64,000 nt of DNA from Minisyncoccota bacterium (lineage in GTDB: Bacteria > Patescibacteriota > Minisyncoccia > Phycocordibacterales > UBA9973): the NCBI GenBank assembly GCA_041650615.1, contig JBAZKU010000001.1:458750-522749 (forward strand), given 5' to 3'. Under the pieces are notes generated by a model. The model had not been told where the DNA came from, did no database searches, and worked only from the letters and a program-made list of their open reading frames with translations. This document shows positions 1 to 9,890 of this stretch, piece after piece; the stretch's first letter is position 1; the number at the start of each line of letters is the position of its first letter. The translations under genes and the position numbers were made by a program.

Positions 1-7
1 ATCTGTA

Positions 8-511
8 TTGCTTTTGGTCATTATTTTAATAGCTATAATTATTATTGGTTATTGGGCGGTCGTCACCCTTGAACCTGGTAATGTAGGGGTAGAAAGACAA
101 AAGCAAGAACAACTCAAACAGCAAAATGAGGAGCTTCAAAATGAGATTAAAAAACTAACAGATGAAATTCAATCATTAAAAGACTCTCAAGTTGTAAAGG
201 AAGAACCAGAAATTGAATCTTCAGAGGTGGCTTCTCCCACTCCTTTAAAATACCAAAGTCTGATAGATGATTTGCAAAAACTTGTGGATGATAATATTTT
301 AATGAAAGAAAAATCTCAAGGCACTAGGGTTGGCACTGTCCAAACATTTTTAAACTTATATAATAAAACTTCTAAAAAGGTGGATAATGATTATGGAGTA
401 GGCACCAAAACGGATATAATAAACTTCCAAAAAGCTGTCTCATTAACTGCCGATGGTCAAGCTGGTTCCAGTACTTTTCTTAAAATGATTGAATGGCTAA
501 AGAAACAATAA
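8..511 (+). CDS. Membrane-anchored coiled-coil protein with C-terminal putative peptidoglycan-binding domain
   Basis: N-terminal TM helix, heptad-rich middle, C-terminal PG_binding_1-like segment (DNDYGVGTKTDIINFQKAVSLTADGQAGSSTFLKMIEW); may extend beyond the window start. Confidence 0.5.
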   Translation: MLLVIILIAIIIIGYWAVVTLEPGNVGVERQKQEQLKQQNEELQNEIKKLTDEIQSLKDSQVVKEEPEIESSEVASPTPLKYQSLIDDLQKLVDDNILMKEKSQGTRVGTVQTFLNLYNKTSKKVDNDYGVGTKTDIINFQKAVSLTADGQAGSSTFLKMIEWLKKQ

Positions 512-730
512 CTAAATTTATTTTCAACATAGCTACAAAAAAGTGTCGTACGCTTTTATAATGATAACGTAAGCAAGAAAAGAACTTATTATTGTAAAAA
601 TAAGTATAAAGATAATTGACCTATCAAAAGCAGACATGACTTTTTAAGTATATCATTTATTTGTTTTAGTAAATAAAAATCCCTTGATTTTTAGGCTTAT
701 TTGCTATATATTTGAGTTATTCTATTTTCC

Positions 731-803
731 CCGCCCGTAGCTCAGCTGGTAGAGCAGATCCCTTTTAAGGATAAGGTCCTCGGTTCGATCCCGAGCGGGC
801 GGA
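731..803 (+). tRNA. tRNA-Lys (anticodon TTT)
   Basis: Cloverleaf read by hand: acceptor CCGCCCG/CGGGCGG, D-arm GCTC..GAGC, anticodon loop CTTTTAA, T-arm CTCGG-TTCGATC-CCGAG, discriminator A; no encoded CCA. Confidence 0.85.
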
Positions 804-845
804 CAAACATAAAAATCCCCAGCAGGGGAATTTTATGTTTGTCCA
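803..845 (+). terminator. Long perfect hairpin immediately 3' of tRNA-Lys (GGACAAACATAAAAATCCCC-AGC-AGGGGAATTTTATGTTTGTCC)
   Basis: 15-nt arms that are exact reverse complements around a GC core; overlaps the tRNA 3' end. Confidence 0.5.
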
Positions 846-856
846 AAGTAGACTGA

Positions 857-1036
857 TTAGTTATAATTTTCTCTTTCTGCCCCTAATGCTTTCGTTAATT
901 CTTCAAGAGAATCAAAGACCCCGACTGAACCATCTCTAAAATTATATATAATTTTCCCTCTCATTTCTTTGGCAGTCTTTTTGGTTTCTAAGACTTCTTT
1001 ATTAATTTGTTGCCCTTCAATATTTGGTTTTTCCAT
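857..1036 (-). CDS. Hypothetical small protein (59 aa), below the ORF-track size cutoff
   Basis: ATG-to-TAA ORF read by hand (MEKPNIEGQQINKEVLETKKTAKEMRGKIIYNFRDGSVGVFDSLEELTKALGAERENYN) in the gap between tRNA-Lys and holA-like gene. Confidence 0.25.
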   Translation of the reverse strand: MEKPNIEGQQINKEVLETKKTAKEMRGKIIYNFRDGSVGVFDSLEELTKALGAERENYN

Positions 1037-1065
1037 ATCTTATATAATAGCACATAAAGCAATTT

Positions 1066-1713
1066 TTACAAAGCTTCAAGTAAAAACTGTTCAAATACGG
1101 ATTCGGCATCTTTTCCTTCTTTTCGAGCTTCTGGAAGAAGGTAAGAAAGCTTGCCAGCAAAATCTTTAAGTTCCGATTCGGAAAATTTACTAAAATTCTT
1201 TTTTAAAAGCATTTCTTTAACTTTCCAAAAAAGAATACCTATTAATTCCTCCATTACTGCTCCGTTTTCTATAGCCTGGCGGAAATAAATCCACAAATTT
1301 AATTTATCTTTATCCCCAAATGCATTGGCTAATAAAAAATTATTGAATTTTTCTGTTTTTTCTTTTGGCAGTTCAAAAACGTTGATTTCCGCCCGGGCTT
1401 TTTTAAAAGCATCCAACACTCCCTTATTCAGTTTCCCTTCCAAAAAAATAAAGTAGTTCTCCGACTCACTTATAAGACTTAATTTGCTTAAAATAAAATT
1501 TAGAGTTTCCTCTTTTTCAAAAATATTCGTAAAAACTACTGCACATTTTGTAAAAAAAAGTCCCGCTCCCGAGTAAAGGCTTTCCGCTTCCATCGGGTCA
1601 AAATCATTTTTCCCGATAAAAAATGTCTCTGTCTCCATTGGCAGGGATTTTATGAATTTTTCATAACTGAAATGCTTATTTTTAACGTCGTCTCCGCAAA
1701 AAAGATAAATCAT
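1066..1713 (-). CDS. holA: DNA polymerase III delta subunit-like (short)
   Basis: N-terminus MIYLFCGDD resembles the HolA start motif; size 215 aa is short, so assignment is tentative. Confidence 0.4.
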   Translation of the reverse strand: MIYLFCGDDVKNKHFSYEKFIKSLPMETETFFIGKNDFDPMEAESLYSGAGLFFTKCAVVFTNIFEKEETLNFILSKLSLISESENYFIFLEGKLNKGVLDAFKKARAEINVFELPKEKTEKFNNFLLANAFGDKDKLNLWIYFRQAIENGAVMEELIGILFWKVKEMLLKKNFSKFSESELKDFAGKLSYLLPEARKEGKDAESVFEQFLLEAL

Positions 1714-1714
1714 A

Positions 1715-2221
1715 TTAAAATTTAACTGATTTCTTATACTCTACATAAGAGGTACCATATTTTTGAGTTAAAATTTTTTCTTCTTTTTTAAGGAATATAG
1801 ATTTCGTAATAAAAAAAGAAATAATTGAAAAAATAACTATAAATAAAGCATTAATCATGATTCCAAAACCTAACATCATCAAAAAGAGTCCAAAATGTGT
1901 AGGACTTTTGGTATAACGATAGGGTCCGTGACTAAATGTTTCTTTAGTTATATTTTCTTTTTTAAAATTAAGAGAAGATTTCTGTGCCCAAAGAATTAAA
2001 AATGTGCCAAGAATCAAAAATAAGATACCGATTGACGCTATAGCATAATTATCGAAAACTTTAAGAGGAAATAAAAAATCCAAAAAAAGACCAAACAAAA
2101 ATAAAATAAAATAAAAAAGGTAGGAGTATGCTAAAATCCTATGCACTTTGTTTTTATGAGGATTCTCGTTCTCGAATTGCCCCGCTGTATTTTCCATTTC
2201 CATAACCTTATTATACCACAA
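1715..2221 (-). CDS. Isoprenylcysteine carboxyl methyltransferase (ICMT/PEMT) family membrane protein
   Basis: Multi-TM protein with GPYRYTKSPTHFGLFLMMLG motif matching the ICMT RHPxY-G signature. Confidence 0.55.
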   Translation of the reverse strand: MWYNKVMEMENTAGQFENENPHKNKVHRILAYSYLFYFILFLFGLFLDFLFPLKVFDNYAIASIGILFLILGTFLILWAQKSSLNFKKENITKETFSHGPYRYTKSPTHFGLFLMMLGFGIMINALFIVIFSIISFFITKSIFLKKEEKILTQKYGTSYVEYKKSVKF

Positions 2222-2230
2222 AATATACCG

Positions 2231-4672
2231 TTATTTAACCTCTCCAAAATTATTACCTGAACCGGAATGCACTATCAAAGGAATGTCAGTTTTATAATGC
2301 AAATATGACCGTTCAAGCACTGTCTGCATGGCATTTTTTATTATTTTTTCAGCTTCCGAAAGCTCTTTCCCCTCTACTTCATAAACTAATTCATCGTGTA
2401 TTTGGAGCACAAGATGAGTCTTATTCAACAGATCTGCTTTTTTTAAGTCTTCCTCCGCATATCTTATGGCTAACTTTATTATATCGGCGGTAGCTGTCCC
2501 CTGGACCGGCGCATTAGTAGCGGTACGTTCAGCCATATTTTTTAAAAATGGAATTCTAGAATTTATATTTGGGAAATATCTGCGTCTGCCAAATAATGTT
2601 TCCGTATAAAAATTTTTCATCGCAAATACTTTTACTTTCTCCAAATAATTTCGCACGCCGGAAAATTGGTTAAAATAATTATCATAGAATTTTTGCGCTT
2701 CGGGACGAGTTCCTCCCAAGCTTTTGCGCAAAGACGAGACTCCCATGCCATAGATAATGCCGAAGTTTATTACCTTGGCTTTGCGTCGCATTTCATTATC
2801 TACTTTTTCCATAGGTATGCCAAAAACAAACGAGGCTACCCCTGCGTGAATATCTTTGCCTTCACGAAATATCTGGGTCATTTTTTTATCTCCTGAAAGC
2901 ATCGCTATCACTCGAAGTTCAATTTGACTATAGTCAAAGGTCAAAAGTTTATATCCTTTTTCCGCGATAAAACCATTTCTTATTTTCTTGCCCAATTCTG
3001 TTTTTATCGGCAAATTTTGCAAATTTGGATCTTGGGAAGAAAATCTTCCCGTAGTTGTGCCATTTTGTAAAAATTTTGCATGTAAACGGCCATCTTCACT
3101 GACCATTTTAGGAATCACATCAATATAAGTAGAAAGCAGTTTTTGTAATTCTCTATAAGCCAAAATTTCTTTTATGATCGGATTATTTTCCTCCAATTCT
3201 TCCAGGACTGAAACTTTAGTGGAAAAAGATCCGTTTACTCCTTTTTTCTTGCCTGATTTCATTCCCATTTTGCCGAAAATTATTTCACCTAGCTGTTTGG
3301 GTGAGTTGATATTAAATTCTGTACCAGCTATTTTATATATTTTAGCCGTCAGTTTATCCAGCTCTTGGTGATATTCTTTTGACAAATTTTCAAAATATTT
3401 TTTATCTATCAAAATACCGTAATTCTGCATTTCTTTTACTGTATGTATTATCGGTTTTTCTATTTCTTCATACACTTTGTCTAGTTTTTTTTCTTTTAAT
3501 TGTTTAAAAATATATTCCTGAGCTCTTTCAAAATTATCAGTTCTGGAAAAATGTAAAATATCTTCCAAAGATGGGTTAGTTATATCTGAATTTAAGAGCC
3601 AAAGAGCGATAGAAGTTTCTTGAAGTTTTTCTTCGTCTACAAATGATGCCAGACGACCATGCTCGGAGGAGTATTCGCTGCGACCAGAAATATCTTGCCC
3701 TTCCAAGATAGTGTGCGAACGACGGAGAGCATGGTCGTCTGGCATTTCCCCCTGTTTATTCCCAAAGAAGTTTTTTAGCCGCGCAAATAAGCTTCTGAAT
3801 TCAAATTCGGAGAAAATATTTTCAATTTTTTTCAAATCCGCATTTTCCCAAAAAGTTTTTTTAGGCAATTCAAAATTTATCGGGGCATCTGTTCTTATTT
3901 TTGCCAAAGTTTTTGAAAACAGGGCTTCTTCTTCGTTATTTTTTATAAGTTCCAATATTCTAGGGGAAATGCCATTTTTTATAAATGCATTTTCATCTTT
4001 TTTTAATTTTTTATAAATTTCTTCTATGGTTCCGAAGTTTACAATTAAATTAGTTGCGGTTTTTTCACCAATACCTTTAATCCCAATAATATTATCAGAC
4101 GGATCTCCTCGCAATCCTTTATAATCCGGTAAAAGTTTCGGCTTAAAGCCAAATCTTTCAACCACTTTTTCTTCATCATATAAAATAGTGTCATTGATTC
4201 CTTTTTTTAATGTATATACTTGCACTTTTTTATCATCTATCAGTTGCATAGTATCCATATCGCCTGAAGCAATAATTATATTCATATTTTTGTCTTTCTT
4301 TAGTTCTTTTACTATGGTACCCAACACATCATCCGCTTCAAACCCCGGCGCATCATAAATAGGAATATTAAATGCTTCAAAAATTTGTCTGGAGTTTTTT
4401 AATTGTGCAATAAGACCTTCTTCTGCCTTCGCTCTCCCTGCTTTGTATCCTTCATAAACCTCATGTCTGAAAGTTTTTTGTGGCAAATCATAACAAGCTA
4501 CAATGTAGTCTGGTTTTAGGTCAGTAATTATTTTCATCAACATAGTAGAAAGCCCATATAAAGCCCCTGTCGGCTCGCCCTTGGATGATAAAAACTCCGG
4601 CAGGGCATGATAGGCGCGGTGTATTATCGCATGCGCATCCAGTAATACTAATGTCTTATTTTCCTTAGCCAT
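2231..4672 (-). CDS. polA: DNA polymerase I
   Basis: 5'-3' exonuclease N-terminus, DYSQIELRV and QIHDELV polymerase motifs; carries an in-frame palindromic insert at 3649-3742. Confidence 0.95.
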   Translation of the reverse strand: MAKENKTLVLLDAHAIIHRAYHALPEFLSSKGEPTGALYGLSTMLMKIITDLKPDYIVACYDLPQKTFRHEVYEGYKAGRAKAEEGLIAQLKNSRQIFEAFNIPIYDAPGFEADDVLGTIVKELKKDKNMNIIIASGDMDTMQLIDDKKVQVYTLKKGINDTILYDEEKVVERFGFKPKLLPDYKGLRGDPSDNIIGIKGIGEKTATNLIVNFGTIEEIYKKLKKDENAFIKNGISPRILELIKNNEEEALFSKTLAKIRTDAPINFELPKKTFWENADLKKIENIFSEFEFRSLFARLKNFFGNKQGEMPDDHALRRSHTILEGQDISGRSEYSSEHGRLASFVDEEKLQETSIALWLLNSDITNPSLEDILHFSRTDNFERAQEYIFKQLKEKKLDKVYEEIEKPIIHTVKEMQNYGILIDKKYFENLSKEYHQELDKLTAKIYKIAGTEFNINSPKQLGEIIFGKMGMKSGKKKGVNGSFSTKVSVLEELEENNPIIKEILAYRELQKLLSTYIDVIPKMVSEDGRLHAKFLQNGTTTGRFSSQDPNLQNLPIKTELGKKIRNGFIAEKGYKLLTFDYSQIELRVIAMLSGDKKMTQIFREGKDIHAGVASFVFGIPMEKVDNEMRRKAKVINFGIIYGMGVSSLRKSLGGTRPEAQKFYDNYFNQFSGVRNYLEKVKVFAMKNFYTETLFGRRRYFPNINSRIPFLKNMAERTATNAPVQGTATADIIKLAIRYAEEDLKKADLLNKTHLVLQIHDELVYEVEGKELSEAEKIIKNAMQTVLERSYLHYKTDIPLIVHSGSGNNFGEVK
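3649..3742. repeat. GC-rich palindromic element inserted in frame in polA (16-nt terminal inverted repeats CCAGACGACCATGCTC / GAGCATGGTCGTCTGG)
   Basis: Perfect 16-nt inverted repeat flanking ~62 nt of GC-rich sequence inside a ~33% GC gene; encodes ...DDHALRRSHTILEGQDISGRSEYSSEHGRLAS... with no stop. Confidence 0.7.
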
Positions 4673-4750
4673 TGTGTAAATTATAGCAATAAACGAGGAG
4701 CATAAACAAACATCTTAAACAGGCAAGGCCTGTTGAATATTAAATAATAA

Positions 4751-4786
4751 AAAAAATCCCTCGAACAAAGTGTCCAAGGGATTAAG
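4751..4786 (-). terminator. Hairpin plus T-run downstream of the 204-aa GC-rich gene
   Basis: AATCCCT...AGGGATT stem followed by a T8 run on the minus strand. Confidence 0.4.
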
Positions 4787-4811
4787 AAAATAAGTGTCAG
4801 CAACATAAGAT

Positions 4812-5426
4812 TCAAATGGTCTGTTGCGGGACCACAACACGAAGAGCGTACCGAGCGCACCACACACGGGCGTCCTCAAACCGGTCCACGAAGACATGCA
4901 AGCCGTCAGAGTTCACGATCACGCAGGCAACAAAGAATTGATCCTCAACCTTAAATAGGAAGAAGGTCGCATAACCATCAGGACGTAATCGGTTTGAATA
5001 CTTTTTGCAAAACATTTTTATTTGGTGTTGTGTTAGGCACAACTTGTCCAAATCAGTTCCGAGAGAACCGAATATTTGTGCAAATGTGGCATCTTTCACC
5101 ATTTCGTGAACAGCAACCGCAGTTTCTTTGGTTGCCTTGCCTGACTTGTCGGTATTCCAATTTTTAAAATCTGAGTCGATACCAGACTTAAAGATTTCGT
5201 TGGCGGTTGCTAGTATTTCTGATCCATCACATGCGTCAATGATAATAGTTTCCGTCTCAAAAAGACGACGGAGATAAGTCTTAACATCAGCAACTTCGTC
5301 AACGACACCTTGGAGGATTTCTGCAACCTTTTCGGGGTCACGAACTCCATCCATAATCATTTTGCAAATCATGGCCCAAAGTTTAAAGAGCCGTTCATAT
5401 TTATTTACATTTTTCTCGTTACTCAC
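4812..5426 (-). CDS. Hypothetical protein, compositionally atypical (GC ~45%)
   Basis: 204-aa ORF with no family I recognise; GC visibly higher than flanking genes. Confidence 0.5.
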   Translation of the reverse strand: MSNEKNVNKYERLFKLWAMICKMIMDGVRDPEKVAEILQGVVDEVADVKTYLRRLFETETIIIDACDGSEILATANEIFKSGIDSDFKNWNTDKSGKATKETAVAVHEMVKDATFAQIFGSLGTDLDKLCLTQHQIKMFCKKYSNRLRPDGYATFFLFKVEDQFFVACVIVNSDGLHVFVDRFEDARVWCARYALRVVVPQQTI

Positions 5427-5594
5427 GATATGCTCCTTTCAAAGAAATTATTTGCCTGTTACTCACAAGCATATTCTGGGTCCTGCCAGATCAGTTGCAA
5501 GGAATCCCTTGCCTATCTACATGCTAGTATATCACTTTAAATTAAAAAGTCAAGGGGGTAATGGGGAGAACAATGTTGTATTATTAAAGGATAA

Positions 5595-7292
5595 ATGGCG
5601 ACTTTTGACGAAGAAAAACAAAATAAGCAATTGGATGAATTGCACAAGCAGGAAGAGGAAGAACTGGTAGCAGTATTGGCAGAATCAAAATATAAACTTC
5701 CTTATATTGATTTGGCTCGTTTGGGAATAGATAATGAAGCACTTCGGGCAATATCCGAAAAAGATGCCCGCGAACTAAAGGTTGCGCCCTTTAAGCTTTT
5801 TGGAAAAAATATTTTTATAGCCGTCCGTTCTCCTTCAGATGACCTTCTGGCAAAACTTAAGGACCAGATAGAAAGGTTGGATTTAATTCCTACTTTTTAT
5901 ATGGTATCTCTGGCTTCCTTGGAAAAAGTTTGGGGTAGGTACAAAGAACTTTCCTTGGCGGAAAGTTCAAGAGTTGGGGGGGTAGATATCTCTGCGGAAG
6001 TTTTAAGGGAAGCAGCCAAAAATATTAAAACGACAAAAGACATAGAAAAATTAATTGGAGATACAATAGCAGGAAATTCAGTTCATAAAATTTCCCACAT
6101 GCTTGAAATAATATTAGCCGGAGCGATAGCGGTAAAAGCTTCCGATATACATATAGAACCTCAACAAGAAAGAAGCAGATTGAGACTTCGATTAGATGGC
6201 GTTCTCTACGATGTGATATTTTTCGAAAATAGTATTTATCACCTTCTTAATTCAAGAATTAAACTGCTCTCCGGAATGAAATTAACTTCAAAAATTGCGC
6301 AAGATGGCCGTTTTAGTATTATTGAGAAAGCTGAAGAATTAAGTATTCGTTCTTCTATGATTCCCGGCGCCTATGGGGAATCGATAGTGATGCGTATTTT
6401 GGACCCAAAATCTATTCAAGTAAAACTTGAAGAATTGGGGATAGAACCTTATCTTTTTTCCGTGGTAGAACAGGAAATTGCAAAACCAAACGGTTTAATT
6501 TTAGTTACTGGACCTACTGGTTCTGGAAAAACAACCACTCTTTATGCATTTTTGAGAAAAATTTATTCTCCGGAAATAAAAATAATAACCATTGAAGACC
6601 CAATTGAATATCACTTGACCGGGATAACTCAAACCCAAACAAATGACGAAAAAGGATACACGTTTTTGGAAGGATTACGTTCCGGGTTACGCCAAGACCC
6701 GGATGTGGTAATGGTCGGAGAAATTCGTGATGCGGAAACAGCCAAAACCGCAATAGAAGCAGCTTTAACCGGACATATGGTCTTCTCCACTCTCCACACC
6801 AACAACGCCGCTGGTGTTATCCCTCGTCTGATTGACCTTGACGCAAACCCAAAAATTATGGTTTCGGCATTATCTCTTTCTATTGCCCAACGATTGGTTC
6901 GCAAGCTCTGCCCCTTCTGTAAAACTGAAAAGCCTCCTATTGAAAATGAAATAAAAACTATGAAAATGGTAATGGATGGGATAAAAGAAGAAGGAAAAAG
7001 TCTTTCAAATTACAATATAAACCCGGACGCGCCGATTAAACTTTTCTCGCCTGTTGGCTGCGAAAAATGCAATATGACCGGATACAGCGGGCGAATAGGA
7101 ATTTTTGAAGCAATTAAAACCGATGAAGCTATAGAAAAAATAATGCTCCAAAATCCAAGCGAGCGAGAAATAAAAAAAGCAGCGCGAGTGCAAGGAATTC
7201 TCTCTATGCGCCAGGATGGTGTAGTAAAAATTTTAAATGGAATCACTTCTTTTGCCGAAGTACAAAGCGTGGTTGATTTAAATGAAGAATAA
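5595..7292 (+). CDS. Type II/IV secretion / type IV pilus assembly ATPase (PilB/GspE family)
   Basis: Walker A GPTGSGKTTTLYA, Asp/His boxes, C-terminal tetracysteine CPFC...CEKC. Confidence 0.9.
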   Translation: MATFDEEKQNKQLDELHKQEEEELVAVLAESKYKLPYIDLARLGIDNEALRAISEKDARELKVAPFKLFGKNIFIAVRSPSDDLLAKLKDQIERLDLIPTFYMVSLASLEKVWGRYKELSLAESSRVGGVDISAEVLREAAKNIKTTKDIEKLIGDTIAGNSVHKISHMLEIILAGAIAVKASDIHIEPQQERSRLRLRLDGVLYDVIFFENSIYHLLNSRIKLLSGMKLTSKIAQDGRFSIIEKAEELSIRSSMIPGAYGESIVMRILDPKSIQVKLEELGIEPYLFSVVEQEIAKPNGLILVTGPTGSGKTTTLYAFLRKIYSPEIKIITIEDPIEYHLTGITQTQTNDEKGYTFLEGLRSGLRQDPDVVMVGEIRDAETAKTAIEAALTGHMVFSTLHTNNAAGVIPRLIDLDANPKIMVSALSLSIAQRLVRKLCPFCKTEKPPIENEIKTMKMVMDGIKEEGKSLSNYNINPDAPIKLFSPVGCEKCNMTGYSGRIGIFEAIKTDEAIEKIMLQNPSEREIKKAARVQGILSMRQDGVVKILNGITSFAEVQSVVDLNEE

Positions 7293-7312
7293 AAAAACTA
7301 AAAATAAAAAAC

Positions 7313-7465
7313 ACTAATCTCTAAACAATCCTTTTAGGGCTAAGCCCCGAAAGTAACAAATCATTAGAGGATAGTTCCAGGAACTCGTGAAAGCACCAGA
7401 ACGTCCTATGCAAATTTATATAACCAAAGGCTGATTGCTTAGAGATTAGTGTCTTCTTTTTCAAA
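7313..7465 (+). ncRNA. Candidate structured RNA or MITE-like element (20-bp closing stem CACTAATCTCTAAACAATCC / GGCTGATTGCTTAGAGATTAGTG)
   Basis: Long-range inverted repeat enclosing ~110 nt with internal hairpins (GGGCTAAGCCC, GTTCCAGGAAC, GTGAAAGCAC), followed by a T-rich tract; no ORF. Confidence 0.35.
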
Positions 7466-7612
7466 AACAAAAGAGGTTATACCCCTTTGTAAAAACAATT
7501 ATACTATGGTTCCAAATCAAGCAATTGTTGTAAAAATGCTATAATGTGGATAGTATGTTGATAAGTGGCTTACTTATTAACACTTGGAGAAGTATAGCAT
7601 ATAATAAAACCA

Positions 7613-8653
7613 ATGTCAAGAGAAGAAGATAAAACAAAAAAGAAAACTTCTTTAGAAAAAACGTCCAATATTGGAGATTCTTTTCTAGATCAGACTCTTC
7701 GCCCTACCCGTTGGGAGGAGTATATTGGCCAAAAACATATAAAAGACAACGTTAAAATCCTATTGCGAGCGGCGGAAGAAAGAGGACATATTCCGGAACA
7801 CATTCTTTTTTATGGTCCCCCTGGTTTGGGAAAAACTACCCTGGCACACCTCATAGCTAAAGAAACGGGGAAACAGATGAAAATTACTTCGGGCCCGGCT
7901 ATTGAAAAAGTGGGTGATTTGGCCTCTATTCTTACCAATCTTTCTTCCGGAGACATACTTTTTATAGATGAAATCCACAGACTGAATAAAACAGTGGAAG
8001 AAATACTCTACCCCGCCATGGAATCCGGCGTTTTGGATATAATTATCGGTAAAGGACCATCGGCTAGGACCATTCAATTAGAACTTCCACCCTTTACCCT
8101 AATCGCGGCAACTACTCGTGTTGCACTTGTGTCTTCTCCTCTCCGTTCACGCTTTTCAGGTGGAGTTTTTAGATTGGAGTTTTACTCTGACGAAGAAATA
8201 GCCAAAATTATAGAAAGATCTAGTAGATTACTAAAAACAAAGTTGGATGAAGGAGCTTTGAAGGAAATTGCTAAGCGAAGTAGGTTTACTCCCCGCACGG
8301 CAAATTATTTTTTAAAGAGAGCGCGCGATTTTGCTCAAGTACATAAGAAAAATTTGGATCAAAAGACAGTCAGAGAAGCTTTGAATATGCTTGCCATTGA
8401 TGATATCGGTTTAAACTCCTCGGATAGAAAATTTTTGGAAATATTGATTGATAAATTTACTGGCGGGCCAGTAGGATTGAAAACAATAGGCGCTGCCATG
8501 TCCGAGGAAGAAGCTACGGTGGAAGAAGTAATAGAACCATATTTGATTCAGCTCGGCCTCTTGGAACGCACCCCTCGTGGACGGGTGGCTACTCCCAAAG
8601 CATACAAACATTTAGGTTTTGATTTAAAAGAGAAACAAAGTAAGCTTTTGTAA
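7613..8653 (+). CDS. ruvB: Holliday junction branch migration helicase RuvB
   Basis: GPPGLGKTTLA Walker A, RuvB sensor and winged-helix regions. Confidence 0.95.
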   Translation: MSREEDKTKKKTSLEKTSNIGDSFLDQTLRPTRWEEYIGQKHIKDNVKILLRAAEERGHIPEHILFYGPPGLGKTTLAHLIAKETGKQMKITSGPAIEKVGDLASILTNLSSGDILFIDEIHRLNKTVEEILYPAMESGVLDIIIGKGPSARTIQLELPPFTLIAATTRVALVSSPLRSRFSGGVFRLEFYSDEEIAKIIERSSRLLKTKLDEGALKEIAKRSRFTPRTANYFLKRARDFAQVHKKNLDQKTVREALNMLAIDDIGLNSSDRKFLEILIDKFTGGPVGLKTIGAAMSEEEATVEEVIEPYLIQLGLLERTPRGRVATPKAYKHLGFDLKEKQSKLL

Positions 8654-8655
8654 TT

Positions 8656-9195
8656 ATGTCCGGGCATAATAAATGGGCTCAAATAAAACACAAGAAAGCA
8701 ATTACTGATGCTAAAAAAAGTAAAATTTTTTCTAAGCTTGTGCGTTATATATCCGTGGAAGCAAAACTAGCTAAAGGTGATGTTAATGCGCCTGGGCTTC
8801 GTGCTGCCATAGAAAAAGCTAAAAAAGTTAATATGCCTTCTGAAAATATTGAAAGAGCTGTTAAAAAAGCTTCCGAGCCGGGCACCCAAATGGAATTAAT
8901 AACTTATGAAGCATATGGTCCCGGAGGAGTTGGAATTATTATAGAAACACTAACAGACAGTAAGAATAGAACCGTTCAAGACATAAAACACATTTTATCA
9001 AAAAATGGTTTTACTCTTGCCGATGTTGGGTCTGTCGTCTGGTCTTTCGTTAAAGAAAAAACTCTAGAAGGAATAATTTGGAAACCGAATATGTTTATCC
9101 CTGTTTCTGACGCCGATTTAGAATTATTAGACAAACTTGTAGACGAATTGGAAGAAAATGACGACGTACAAGATGTTTATACTAATGCAGAATAA
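8656..9195 (+). CDS. YebC/PmpR (TACO1) family protein (short form)
   Basis: N-terminus MSGHNKWAQIKHKKA is the YebC signature; 179 aa is shorter than typical. Confidence 0.7.
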   Translation: MSGHNKWAQIKHKKAITDAKKSKIFSKLVRYISVEAKLAKGDVNAPGLRAAIEKAKKVNMPSENIERAVKKASEPGTQMELITYEAYGPGGVGIIIETLTDSKNRTVQDIKHILSKNGFTLADVGSVVWSFVKEKTLEGIIWKPNMFIPVSDADLELLDKLVDELEENDDVQDVYTNAE

Positions 9196-9272
9196 AAAAA
9201 TACTTGTCCCGTTAAAAAATCAGCGGAATAAGTACTGTCGAAAAATTTTATTAGTTTAAATTTTTTAATGGG

Positions 9273-9752
9273 ATGAGAATTTTGGGGATAGATCCGGGAT
9301 ATGAGCGATTGGGAGTCGCCATCCTTGAAAAGAATAAAGGCAATAAAAAAGAAAAAGTGTTATTTTCCGAATGTTTCAAAACTTCCGCTAACTTAGAATT
9401 TTCTAAAAGGTTGTTTCTAATCGGAAAAGAAATAAAAAATATAATAAAAAAATTCAAACCGGAAGTTTTGGCCATTGAAACCCTTTTTTTAACTACCAAT
9501 CAAAAAACAGTAATGCGTGTGGCGGAAGTGCGTGGAGCTGTTATTTATGAAGCATCTTCAAACGGACTTAAAATTTTTGAAGCTTCCCCGCCCCAGATAA
9601 AAATAGCCACAACTGGTTATGGGAAGGCAAATAAAGAACAAGTGATGAAAATGGTGAAAATATTGGTCGAAATAGACAATAAAAAGAAGTCTGATGACGA
9701 ATTAGACGCTATTGCTATTGCCTTAACAGCCTTTGCTCATATGAAGGTGTAG
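9273..9752 (+). CDS. ruvC: Crossover junction endodeoxyribonuclease RuvC
   Basis: MRILGIDPGYERLGVAILE start, RNase H-like fold motifs. Confidence 0.9.
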   Translation: MRILGIDPGYERLGVAILEKNKGNKKEKVLFSECFKTSANLEFSKRLFLIGKEIKNIIKKFKPEVLAIETLFLTTNQKTVMRVAEVRGAVIYEASSNGLKIFEASPPQIKIATTGYGKANKEQVMKMVKILVEIDNKKKSDDELDAIAIALTAFAHMKV

Positions 9753-9890
9753 GGCTTCTCTCGCCATTGGATGGGTTATCCACATATTCTATTGCCAACT
9801 CTTTGTGTTTTTGATAGAACTAAAGAAAATAATTTTTATTTAAATAACTTTGGTCGATTAATATTTTTTAAAAAGTAAAAAATATTTTAT

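Noticed and set aside
969-1169. 66-aa plus-strand ORF
   Set aside because: Overlaps the holA-like gene on the opposite strand and has a low-complexity hydrophobic translation; likely spurious
2305-4016. Several 60-100-aa ORFs on the plus strand inside polA, and similar short ORFs antisense to other large genes
   Set aside because: Embedded antisense to well-supported conserved genes; no independent signals
7313-7465. Tried to assign the structured element to bacterial SRP (4.5S) RNA on the basis of a GNRA-like apical loop and AGCAC/CCAGG motifs
   Set aside because: Could not reproduce the conserved domain IV pattern (GGAA tetraloop with AGG/AGCA symmetric loop) by hand; kept only as a generic structured-RNA or MITE candidate
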